Shown here piece after piece: positions 38,442-47,008 of a DNA stretch of 64,000 nt. Under the pieces are notes generated by a model. That model worked only from the letters and a program-made list of their open reading frames with translations. It did not search any database and was not told where the DNA came from. The number at the start of each line of letters is the position of its first letter. Positions within the stretch are counted from its first letter, which is position 1. Source of the stretch: a virus. The translations under genes were made by a program, and so were the position numbers. Where the stretch lies: positions 8,744 to 72,743 of the IMG/VR virus record IMGVR_UViG_3300035698_006643, one strand, 5' to 3'.

Positions 38442-40751
38442 CTATACAGTGGCCCTCAGTTTGTAATCAACGAGGAGTTCATTCAGTTTTTGGCACAATG
38501 CCATCGGAAGCTGGTCCATACTCTCTTCAAGTATGTAGTCCGGGAAGATGGTACTAAGGTAACTACAATTCCCGCCAGCCCCCACGCCGATGACGTGGAT
38601 GCCCATACTTTTGGCTTCATCGCACATCCGGCGGATGATACTGAAGTACCTAGCGTTCTGTTCAGGGTCAGGGTCAGGATTGCCATAGCCGTAGTACGGA
38701 GTACCGTCTGTGATAACGAAGACCACCTTGCGGTCTTCTGGACGATTCATCACCGCTTTGACCGCCGCTTCTACCCCTTCACAAAGGGGCGTGTACGAAT
38801 CAGTGCGGGTGCATCCAAGGCGATTCTTGACAGCCTGGTAGGATTCACCCCAATCCTTGTAGATACGGTAACGGACACCAACCATCCGATGGAACCTTTT
38901 GTTCACTTCCTGTAGGTCCATTCCAGGAACAATGCTGTCTACATTATCCCTGGGATTATTACCATCCTGGGGGGTTCCCCACCCAAACAGGAACGAAGGG
39001 ATGTTCACTTGCGACAGCGGCTCAGATAGACTGATTGCGATTTGACGGGCGATATTGGCATCCATAGACCCCGATTCATCCAGGGACACAGCCACACAAG
39101 TGGACTTCTTAGGGGACAGTATCTTCTGTCGGAAGGAACGGGGGTTTTCTTCGGTGACGACTCGGTGAGCATTCCTTGGGTCAAATCGTCCCCGGACTTG
39201 CTTCCTCACAGTGCGAGACTTTCGCATCCCAAGAAGCGTGTTCACGAACCGCTGTCTGTAATAGCTGATTTGTTTCAGCACTTCCTGACGTGAAGCTTCA
39301 TAGGCCGAAGCATCCGTTTCAGTTACGTAGTGGACTTCGTCAAATTCTGTCGTTAAAGGGTACATCGAAGTCTGACTTGAAGCCTGTCCCTGTGACCCCT
39401 TCTGGGATTCTTCGACAAGGTCTGTTAATGCCTTCAGGACATCCCTGCCCCGGACATTCAATTCAACTGGAGTCCCAGATTCATCCGTTCCCTCTTCTAT
39501 CAAGTCTTTGAGTAATTCAGCAACTTTGGACTGGAGGTCCCCTTCAGAAACTCTAGGACTGTCACCACTAGAGTTTTCACCCGATTGAGGCCCAGCGTCT
39601 GGAGAAGGGCTTGATTGCCCTGAATTGCCCTGTTCTGTTCCTTCAGACCCTGGTTCTTCGCCCTTTTCTCCCTGTCCTTCGCCCTTTTCTTCCCCTTCAT
39701 CCTTTGAAGGGTCAGATTCCGTGTCTTTCATCAGGTCGTCAAGCAAGTCATTCAGTGAATCCGCATCAAGTTCTTCGTCGTCCTTGTTCTCACTATCTCC
39801 TTTTTGTCCCTTTCCTTTCCCCCCTTTACCTTTCCCCTTGCTGTCCTGATTGGGGTCGTCCTCACCGGCACAATCCTGTTCTTCGTCCTGGTCACCAGTA
39901 CTACTGTCCTCTTGCTGGTCTTGCTGGTCTTCTTTCCTTTTCTGGAACAGGTCGTGAAGCCGGTTACAAGTCTGCATCACTAAGGCCAGTGTCCCATAGG
40001 AAGATTCGGACTTGACCGCATCTGCCAGGATGTCTTCAAAGTTGTCTTTCACGAATTGAAGTACTGTTGGGGTGTAGTACTCGGATAGGTCAATAGGGTC
40101 TGGCTCGTAGTTCACATTCAGTAGCAAGTCTCGGATGCAACAGGATACCTGAGCCATTGCCTGACCGTCACCGGTTGCTGGGCTGGACTTTTCAATGGCA
40201 AGGATGAATAGAGCCAGTTCCTTTAGCTGCCGTCTGGCCCCACGATGCCTTAGACATTCAAGCCGTTCTACCATTTCATCTTCGTAGATGCCCACCCACT
40301 TCTGGAAGCCCTGCTTGGAATAGTCAACTTCCTTCTTCCAGTGCATACGGATGAAGGAATTCAGTTCAGCTTGGTCTAATCTCCCACGCTGACTGAAAAG
40401 GCTGTGTGCGATTTCGTGTTTGATGCCACCTTCAAGGGCGTTGATCATCTCCTGGGTCAAATCGGAATCTGGTGGGGTCCTTGCGATAACGATAGTGTTG
40501 TTCCCGTGTGTCTTTACCTGTCGTTGAATCTCTTGTTCTGACAGGAAAGCGATACTTGATACAGTAGAAGGGCCTGGGAACGCACCGGGGTTGTCCTTCA
40601 TCCAGGTCTCAATACGCTCACTGAAAGGAAGGAACGTGAAGTCGTTGAAGTTGTAGAATTCAACCCCCTGCGAAATCAGCCGCACATCCGCATCAGCCGC
40701 AAGGATTCGTGCCACACGTTCATGGGTGTATTCAAAGTATTTACGGGACAT
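38442..40751 (-). CDS. CobT-like VWA protein with HExxH motif
   Basis: KHEIAH; acidic linker; MIDAS DESGS, TP, VITDG. Confidence 0.88.
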   Translation of the reverse strand: MSRKYFEYTHERVARILAADADVRLISQGVEFYNFNDFTFLPFSERIETWMKDNPGAFPGPSTVSSIAFLSEQEIQRQVKTHGNNTIVIARTPPDSDLTQEMINALEGGIKHEIAHSLFSQRGRLDQAELNSFIRMHWKKEVDYSKQGFQKWVGIYEDEMVERLECLRHRGARRQLKELALFILAIEKSSPATGDGQAMAQVSCCIRDLLLNVNYEPDPIDLSEYYTPTVLQFVKDNFEDILADAVKSESSYGTLALVMQTCNRLHDLFQKRKEDQQDQQEDSSTGDQDEEQDCAGEDDPNQDSKGKGKGGKGKGQKGDSENKDDEELDADSLNDLLDDLMKDTESDPSKDEGEEKGEGQGEKGEEPGSEGTEQGNSGQSSPSPDAGPQSGENSSGDSPRVSEGDLQSKVAELLKDLIEEGTDESGTPVELNVRGRDVLKALTDLVEESQKGSQGQASSQTSMYPLTTEFDEVHYVTETDASAYEASRQEVLKQISYYRQRFVNTLLGMRKSRTVRKQVRGRFDPRNAHRVVTEENPRSFRQKILSPKKSTCVAVSLDESGSMDANIARQIAISLSEPLSQVNIPSFLFGWGTPQDGNNPRDNVDSIVPGMDLQEVNKRFHRMVGVRYRIYKDWGESYQAVKNRLGCTRTDSYTPLCEGVEAAVKAVMNRPEDRKVVFVITDGTPYYGYGNPDPDPEQNARYFSIIRRMCDEAKSMGIHVIGVGAGGNCSYLSTIFPDYILEESMDQLPMALCQKLNELLVDYKLRATV

Positions 40752-40760
40752 AGGGGTCTC

Positions 40761-41924
40761 CTAGAAGTTGCTTTCAACGAGCCGCTTCAAGATTTCACGG
40801 GTTTCACCGGAGTACCAATCCAGAATCGTTTGAGAAGCCGCTTCCCTAGCCAGTTCGTCAAGATTCTGGGAAGAACCTGAGTCCTTCGTGAAGTCGAACA
40901 AGTCTTCCAGAGCCTCCAGAAAATTTACCATCGGGCGATGACCGAAGTTGATTAGGATAGACTTGTCGTCAATGGCCTGACGGATGTCATTGGAAAGGCC
41001 AATCAAACTGGACAGAATCCCCGGCATCTTGGCTTCAATGTTTGGGAACTTGTGTGTCAGAATCTTTCGCTCGAATTCCTCTGACATATATTCCATTTTT
41101 ACGACTCGATGGTACCGGTCGAGAAGGGACGTGTCTTGAACTTCCACAGAAGAAAACAGACCCGTATCATCCCCCCGTCCACTAGAGTTAGCCGTTGCCC
41201 AGATTACAGTTTCAGGGTGAACATCAACCCACGTGTTGCACTCAGGGATGAACGCTTGACGGGCTTCTGAATCAAGAATCGACCGAAGCACTTCTGCAAT
41301 GGCAGCGGGGGCCCTATCAGCATCATCCATCACAATGAAGACTGGACGACGTTTCCCGGTCACAGGGTCCAATCTGCCTTGAAGGTCTTCGGCCAATGTC
41401 CCCAACTTAGGAACGGTTGTCCCTTCAACGACTTCGATAGTCCCCAGTGTGATTTCGATGTCCAGATTGTCACGAAGATTGTAGAGGCTGAACTCGTAGT
41501 TCAAGTCAGCAGCAATAGCCCGACCCATAGCCGTCTTACCTGTACCGGCTGCCCCCCAGACATAGATGTTTCGGGGCTGACCAGCCTGACAGCGTTTCAG
41601 CATCAACGCTGCAATGCGGGCTTGATTAGGCGGATATTCATACATTGACGGACGCTTTGACCCACGGAGAACTGATGCGGGACTTTTCTTCAACCGGACA
41701 CCAGCAATGCTAATCGTGTCTTTGTAACGTTTAGACCCTTCGCGTTTGGGTGCCTTTTGGAAGTGTTGTTTTTTGGCTTCATCCGTTGCCCAAGGGGCTC
41801 CAGGATAGGAATCAACGTATTGACTAACGGACATTGAATGTTCCGTTCGTAGGTGGTCTACGAGAACTGGGCTTTCAAAGTCGCACCCAGGTACCCGACA
41901 TTTGACTGTTTTCATTGTAGGCAT
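40761..41924 (-). CDS. CobS/MoxR-family AAA+ ATPase with N-terminal zinc finger
   Basis: C..C...H...H; GAAGTGKT; VMDDAD; ATANS.GRGD; LLDRY. Confidence 0.9.
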   Translation of the reverse strand: MPTMKTVKCRVPGCDFESPVLVDHLRTEHSMSVSQYVDSYPGAPWATDEAKKQHFQKAPKREGSKRYKDTISIAGVRLKKSPASVLRGSKRPSMYEYPPNQARIAALMLKRCQAGQPRNIYVWGAAGTGKTAMGRAIAADLNYEFSLYNLRDNLDIEITLGTIEVVEGTTVPKLGTLAEDLQGRLDPVTGKRRPVFIVMDDADRAPAAIAEVLRSILDSEARQAFIPECNTWVDVHPETVIWATANSSGRGDDTGLFSSVEVQDTSLLDRYHRVVKMEYMSEEFERKILTHKFPNIEAKMPGILSSLIGLSNDIRQAIDDKSILINFGHRPMVNFLEALEDLFDFTKDSGSSQNLDELAREAASQTILDWYSGETREILKRLVESNF

Positions 41925-41983
41925 TGAACCCTTCTGGTTGTTCTATAGTAGATACACTCTGGCTCTGGAGTTATGCCCTATTT

Positions 41984-42331
41984 TTAGAGCAGGGGGAATA
42001 CCGGGATGGAGTTCATCTTCTTGTCTTCGAGTTTGAAGCAAGTCTGGGCGGCGTCAATCAGTGCCTGAAGGTCCATGACTACGTCTTCCAGGCACAAGTA
42101 GTAAGATTGAGCCCCACGGTACAGTATAACTGGGACAGTCAGGGATGCCGGCAATAGGAGCTTGTACTGGAAGGACGCCTGACTGAATATGAAAGTGTGG
42201 TAGCTTGCCCCGAGGGTCTCTTCCTCAAAGATACCGGCGTACCCCCAGTCAGACCGTTTCTCAAGGAACTGAACAAACCTTTTCCAGAACTCCAGCTTGA
42301 AAATCGGGATGACACAGATGGCACTCCCCAT
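41984..42331 (-). CDS. Hypothetical protein (possibly the 3' part of the upstream gene)
   Basis: No SD; in frame with 42380..42661 across a single TAG. Confidence 0.45.
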   Translation of the reverse strand: MGSAICVIPIFKLEFWKRFVQFLEKRSDWGYAGIFEEETLGASYHTFIFSQASFQYKLLLPASLTVPVILYRGAQSYYLCLEDVVMDLQALIDAAQTCFKLEDKKMNSIPVFPLL

Positions 42332-42379
42332 CTTGAAAAGCTTTTCACTGTCAGGCTGTGCTTGTAAGTGGATAATGGG

Positions 42380-42661
42380 CTAACCTTCCAGTTCGTAGAC
42401 CAGGCGGTCTACTAGTAGGTACCAGAGTGCTATCGCCCGTTCTTCACCCATTTCATTCTGGATGTAGGGGCTTCTAGCCCGTTCAATCAACTTCTGATAA
42501 AACCAGACGGTCAGACGTTCTTCAACCCTTGCCCCGTACCCAATGAAGCTGGCACAGAAAAGAACAATCGAACAGAGGACAGTCAGTACTAACCGATAGG
42601 CCAGTAGTCCGCTAGGAAGTTCAATCCCTTTCATCAAAGCTGTAGCTGTTTTATGGTCCAT
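42380..42661 (-). CDS. Hypothetical membrane protein
   Basis: SD GGAGG; one hydrophobic segment. Confidence 0.55.
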   Translation of the reverse strand: MDHKTATALMKGIELPSGLLAYRLVLTVLCSIVLFCASFIGYGARVEERLTVWFYQKLIERARSPYIQNEMGEERAIALWYLLVDRLVYELEG

Positions 42662-42734
42662 AAACCTTCAACCTCCATCCTATCATACAGAGGAAACTTG
42701 AGGTTTAGCGATTATTGGGCCTGGGAATGGGCGA

Positions 42735-43631
42735 TTAGTCGCTGACTAGGTCGAAGAATTCTTCAAGCTGTCCTTCCCTTTGAAGTGACTTGATGACGAC
42801 GTCGATGATGTTTTGAACCTTGTCCCTGACCTTGCGGGCACGGTTTCGGACTGTCCTCCAATCCTTAACCTCTATATCTTCATTCAGTCGAATCAGTTCC
42901 TTGGCAGCCTGTGAAGTTGTCATCCCGTTCTCAAAGACCAATTCAAAAAGCTTCAGGTACGAAATCGTGATTCCAGACTTCGTCTTGTTCTCTTCTTCAC
43001 GGTCTCTTCGGATAAGGTCTTTGTAGATGTTGTCTACGACACTTCTCCACGCCGGGTGCTTCCACCAGTCTTTCTGCTTGATTCCTTTCTCCTGTGTGTC
43101 GTCGAGTACCTTTTCGACGACCTGGAGCATCAGCCTTTCATCCGGGTGGCCTTCGTCATTCTTTACTGTGTCCAGACTAACTTCCTTACGTACCTTGACC
43201 CCTTCGTTCTTCAAATAGGTGTAAGCGGCGTTCTTCATAGCGACTAGGACATACGCCTTTGCATCAGCGAAATCCTTGCCGTCCAGATTTGACTGGAGAT
43301 GGTGGAATTTTGTCCCCAGGAATTCAGTCAGTTTGTTCTGGATGATTTCTTCAGCAATGTCAGTCCGTTGGGAAATCTTGACTACGGTATTGAAAATTTG
43401 GTTCCCGAAGTTCCGGATGTCAGGGTGCTTGCGGTCGATACGTCCGTTTGGAAGGGTGGGTACAATGACACCAGCCCGTTGGAGGACTTTGGCGATACCC
43501 AACCCGAGGCTGTTGTATGTTGTTGATGCCAACATATCGGAGTACGCAATCCTTAGCCGCATAGGTTCTGGAATTGACGCCCATTTTTCCATAGCGGCTT
43601 CACGAAGACAGAAAGCATTGACTTGGTTCAT
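42735..43631 (-). CDS. ECF-like sigma factor with N-terminal extension
   Basis: Region 2: AEEIIQ...AYVLVAMKNAAYTYLK...VSLD; region 4: GMTTSQAAKEL...TVRNRARKVR. Confidence 0.7.
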   Translation of the reverse strand: MNQVNAFCLREAAMEKWASIPEPMRLRIAYSDMLASTTYNSLGLGIAKVLQRAGVIVPTLPNGRIDRKHPDIRNFGNQIFNTVVKISQRTDIAEEIIQNKLTEFLGTKFHHLQSNLDGKDFADAKAYVLVAMKNAAYTYLKNEGVKVRKEVSLDTVKNDEGHPDERLMLQVVEKVLDDTQEKGIKQKDWWKHPAWRSVVDNIYKDLIRRDREEENKTKSGITISYLKLFELVFENGMTTSQAAKELIRLNEDIEVKDWRTVRNRARKVRDKVQNIIDVVIKSLQREGQLEEFFDLVSD

Positions 43632-43655
43632 AGCAACCCTCCACTAGAAGGGAGG

Positions 43656-43663
43656 CTATAAAT
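43656..43663 (-). promoter_or_regulatory. Putative phage late promoter motif (ATTTATAG); related copies at 1872, 4156, 7470, 16296, 36926, 45849, 59573 (-) and 60533 (+)
   Basis: NTTTAT(A/G)(G/A) on the sense strand, usually 21-30 nt before a start codon. Confidence 0.7.
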
Positions 43664-43669
43664 AGACAA

Positions 43670-44233
43670 CTAAACTGTCAAGGCGTCTTGTATCGCCAGA
43701 CGGCTCTTTTCTACGGTTTTGATGGGAACCTTGAGGTCCATGGCAATCTGCCGAGACGTCTTTCCTTCAAGGATGTCCTGAAGAATCGTAGTCCCGTACT
43801 TGATACCCAGTGTCCGGACCCTTGCGAAAGTGTCCTTCACAATCAACTTTTCGAGGGGGTCGTCTTTCGTCGAAACCCCGTAGTACTCGTAACTAGAACC
43901 ACCATCACCAGCATCATAGCCATCAGTGGTCAGGGCGAAAGTGTTGGGATTCCGATTGATTTTCGACATCTGATTCAGGAGATGATTTCGGACTGTGGTA
44001 ATGAGGTAGGCTCTGAAGGGTCTGGATTTCCGACCTTCAATCACCCATTCCTCATTCAGGATGTGGTACCGCCCGATAATATCGTTGTCGATAAGGCGGG
44101 TCACAACATCCTGGAACATATCATCAACCGCCGAATTCCAGATTCGGTGTCGAAAGATCACGCTCTTGATGCAGCCGGTGTACATTTGAACGAGCTCTGT
44201 GTAGTTTTGAGGTAGGTCACGGTAGATTTCCAT
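43670..44233 (-). CDS. ECF-like sigma factor
   Basis: DDMFQDV; FRAYLITTVRNHLLN; GKTSRQIAMDLKVPIKTV. Confidence 0.85.
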   Translation of the reverse strand: MEIYRDLPQNYTELVQMYTGCIKSVIFRHRIWNSAVDDMFQDVVTRLIDNDIIGRYHILNEEWVIEGRKSRPFRAYLITTVRNHLLNQMSKINRNPNTFALTTDGYDAGDGGSSYEYYGVSTKDDPLEKLIVKDTFARVRTLGIKYGTTILQDILEGKTSRQIAMDLKVPIKTVEKSRLAIQDALTV

Positions 44234-44343
44234 CTGTTTCCCCCAGTGCTGGGGCTGTGCAAGATGCAGAGCCCGAGTCTGTTTCAGTTAGGCCGAACAG
44301 TGGTTCTTTGAACCGGGTCGGCCAGGGTTCAACTTAAATACAC

Positions 44344-44562
44344 CTAGTTTTCAGTCTGTGCCCTATAAACTTCATTCCGGCAAACGACATCGGACCAATT
44401 CAGTCCCAATGAGTTGACCGTATCACGAAGGCGGGAATAGGACGCATGGTCCCGCTTCAGTTTTTCTCGGATGGAAGTATAAGGGAGGTTCCGGAGCCGA
44501 CACTCTTTGTGGAGCGACGTCTGCTTTTCCAGTAGCATTGCTCTTACGGTATGGTAAACCAT
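44344..44562 (-). CDS. Small HTH (XRE-like) protein
   Basis: VRAMLLEKQTSLHKECRLRNLPYTSIREKL; promoter TTGACA-17-TAGTTT at 44584-44612. Confidence 0.55.
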   Translation of the reverse strand: MVYHTVRAMLLEKQTSLHKECRLRNLPYTSIREKLKRDHASYSRLRDTVNSLGLNWSDVVCRNEVYRAQTEN

Positions 44563-44634
44563 TATCTCCCCCCCTACCCGCACAAACTACTGGGTAGGTA
44601 CGAAGGTGTCAAGGAAAAAGAAAGGGAGATGGTA

Positions 44635-45513
44635 TCAGATGAAATTGAGTGTCATTTGGTAGGCCGCTACCCCGCCACTACCCCGAACAAGTAGCTGCTT
44701 CGTAGCCCCCGATTCTCGGGCTAGAAACTCACCGGCTGGAATCAGGAATTCGTCACCTTCATCGTCATAGGCAACGTAGATGTCATTCAAGCTCAGGTTC
44801 TCAAGACGTATCCACCAGATTTGTCTGGGGAACACAATTAACTGACTGTCTGCGATGGTAGCCCCATTAGGGGCTGTCCCCTGAACCAACAGCACAGGAG
44901 CAGCGGTACGACCAATCAGTGAGTCAGTGACCATGTAGATTGCTTCACTGTAGGTTTCGGTTTCATAGACCTGGTAGGTATTGTTCAAGGAAGGGGCTGG
45001 AAGGGCCGGAGCCCCCGAAGTAGTAATCAGCGTCCCTAAAGCCGCTGCGATTGGGTAAGTCGTGATCACTGTTCCGAGTCCTTCCCCGACAAGCAATGTG
45101 TCTGTAGCTACCACTCCCAGGGCCGCAAAGTCTTTGCCAGGGCCTACAAAGGTATTCGCCCCTGTAATTGAGCCAGCTAAGGCCGCACCAGCGTACCGCT
45201 GGGGGGTAAGTTTCGTCACCTTCAGATAGAAGGTATGGTCAACGTCCAACGAATAGGTCGCTGGTGCAAAGATGAAGGAACAGCCTTTCTTACGGGCTGC
45301 CCCACAGATTTCCTGGGCGGCTTGCTTCACGCTATTCTGGTCAACAAAACCGTAGTTGCTGTGGAACCTCTTGATTTCAGTGTACGAACCACTGAGGGTC
45401 TGACTTGCTTCTACGATGTAGATGACGCCGGGGGTCGTATGGTCATTGAATAGGAGTTCAATAACACCCCGAGCTTTCGTCAGGTTGTTGTAGGGCTGTG
45501 TCAGTTGAAGCAT
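44635..45513 (-). CDS. Hypothetical beta-rich protein (putative virion)
   Basis: 292 aa; in the late-motif operon. Confidence 0.6.
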   Translation of the reverse strand: MLQLTQPYNNLTKARGVIELLFNDHTTPGVIYIVEASQTLSGSYTEIKRFHSNYGFVDQNSVKQAAQEICGAARKKGCSFIFAPATYSLDVDHTFYLKVTKLTPQRYAGAALAGSITGANTFVGPGKDFAALGVVATDTLLVGEGLGTVITTYPIAAALGTLITTSGAPALPAPSLNNTYQVYETETYSEAIYMVTDSLIGRTAAPVLLVQGTAPNGATIADSQLIVFPRQIWWIRLENLSLNDIYVAYDDEGDEFLIPAGEFLARESGATKQLLVRGSGGVAAYQMTLNFI

Positions 45514-45523
45514 TGGTTCCCTC

Positions 45524-45820
45524 TTAGGCCGTCACTTTCCATTTGCCACCACGGTAGGTCAGTTCAGCGAATCACGTCTGCGTCTGGTTCGTCACAATGA
45601 GTTCTGTCCAACCTTTGTAATTCCGGTACTCTTCCGGGGTTCCGTAGGGCCCTCGAGCACCTTCAGACATATCCAACGGTGGATTTTCAGGGTTGTTCTT
45701 GACGATTTCTTTCAAGGCTTTCTTCGTCTTTGCCTTGCTGTAGATTGCTAGATTCAGCGTCGGGGAGTACCCGGCCATTTTCCGTGAAGCGACCCGATTA
45801 GCGATAGTAGAGCAATTCAT
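45524..45820 (-). CDS. Small phage protein with in-frame TGA at 45572-45574
   Basis: ...VTNQTQT*FAELTYRGGKWKVTA-TAA ends 10 nt before the next ATG; RVASRKMAG motif. Confidence 0.6.
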
Positions 45821-45867
45821 TAGGAACCTCCTTGCTACCAGTCCCCAGTTATAAACGAAGTATGAAG

Positions 45868-46377
45868 TCAGGCTTCGATGAAGATGTTCTGCCAGATGGT
45901 CGTTTCCATATCAGCGATAGCGTTCCTTGTCCTGGGTAGGCTCCAGGCCAACTGTCGAGAAATCTCAGTATCTGATTTCTGTTCGCACCACCGTAATCGG
46001 AAAAGGAAACGGAATAGGAAGGTCGGGGCTAGGAAAGCGTCGATTTGGTGTACCACTTCTCGGTTTTCAAATCCCTTCATCATCTCTTCGTGCCACACGT
46101 CCATTTTTCGCTCGGAAGTGTTGCACAGTACTTCCTTCGAGTAGCGTCGGTTGTGTCGATTAAGATTCAAAGCCGTAGACCGGGCGACCATATAGATGTA
46201 CGACGACGGCTTCATCCCACGGGCGGTATCAAATGAATTAGACCCCTTGTTTTTCTTCAAAAGGGCTACACAGACTTCCTGAATCAAATCCTCTGGGGGG
46301 ATGCCATAGGTTCGGAACCTCTTGTGGACCATTCGTACCACGTCAGGATAGTAGGTATTCAAGTCTATGCCCGCCAA
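45868..46377 (-). CDS. ECF-like sigma factor
   Basis: EDLIQEV; FDTARG..SSYIYMVARS; KSDTEISRQL; promoter TTGACC-18-TAGAAA at 46399-46428. Confidence 0.85.
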   Translation of the reverse strand: MAGIDLNTYYPDVVRMVHKRFRTYGIPPEDLIQEVCVALLKKNKGSNSFDTARGMKPSSYIYMVARSTALNLNRHNRRYSKEVLCNTSERKMDVWHEEMMKGFENREVVHQIDAFLAPTFLFRFLFRLRWCEQKSDTEISRQLAWSLPRTRNAIADMETTIWQNIFIEA

Positions 46378-46464
46378 TTTTTCCCCCTCTATACCTGTTT
46401 TCTACACGTCTGGGTGGGGTTGGGTCAAGAGAAAAATCCCCACTTTCCAAAACAATAGTTGAAA

Positions 46465-46473
46465 TGGTATAAT
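46465..46473 (+). promoter_or_regulatory. Extended -10 promoter with no downstream ORF
   Basis: Perfect TGnTATAAT. Confidence 0.65.
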
Positions 46474-46478
46474 AGGGT

Positions 46479-46622
46479 CTAGACTGGCACGCTAAACTTT
46501 GGATCGACCCGGTGGTCTAGCTACCAGCCGGCGACACTGAAGTCTTCAGCGAACGGTGTGAGTAACCAGCCGCCAGGAATGGTACTTGGCCAGTCGTCCA
46601 GCACGGGACGGCTGGCCTCTAT
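46479..46622 (+). ncRNA. Candidate structured small RNA (~140 nt)
   Basis: Follows the extended -10; nested stems; 12-bp terminal hairpin. Confidence 0.5.
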
Positions 46623-47008
46623 TCGTTAATGTCACCGATGATGATGTAATTGGGTTTGCATAGCGGGTTAGAATCTAAGAAGAAGGTGTACCACAGAATC
46701 GTGGTCATTATCGGGTTGTCCGTGTACACCGGTGAATCCCCGATCCAAATGCGATGAACTTTACTACCACCTACCGGGAAATCAATCCGTTCCTGATTGC
46801 GGTTGTGGACAACCTTACAGGGTTTCAGTCCAGTATCGTTCAGTATGAACCAGTTCTTGATGGTCACGATGTCCTGACTGTGGCAGAGAACTAGTGACTG
46901 CCAGACCCGTGACCCTTCTTGCAGGATTGAGTCCTTGATACCTTGTAGAAGTATCGGGACAGAAGGGTCCCACCAATCAGGTTCTAGGTTTACTTGAGCC
47001 ATACCCAC
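46619..47008 (-). CDS. Hypothetical protein
   Basis: 129-aa ORF. Confidence 0.45.
   Translation of the reverse strand: MGMAQVNLEPDWWDPSVPILLQGIKDSILQEGSRVWQSLVLCHSQDIVTIKNWFILNDTGLKPCKVVHNRNQERIDFPVGGSKVHRIWIGDSPVYTDNPIMTTILWYTFFLDSNPLCKPNYIIIGDINE

Noticed and set aside
43655-43664. T4-type late promoter TATAAATA on the + strand
   Set aside because: It would point away from the adjacent start; all copies are oriented as TTTATAG relative to the downstream gene.
46479-46565. HDV-like ribozyme
   Set aside because: GG-CGACA-hairpin-CGAA resembles P1.1/P4/J4-2, but P1, P2 and P3 cannot be placed in the required order by eye.
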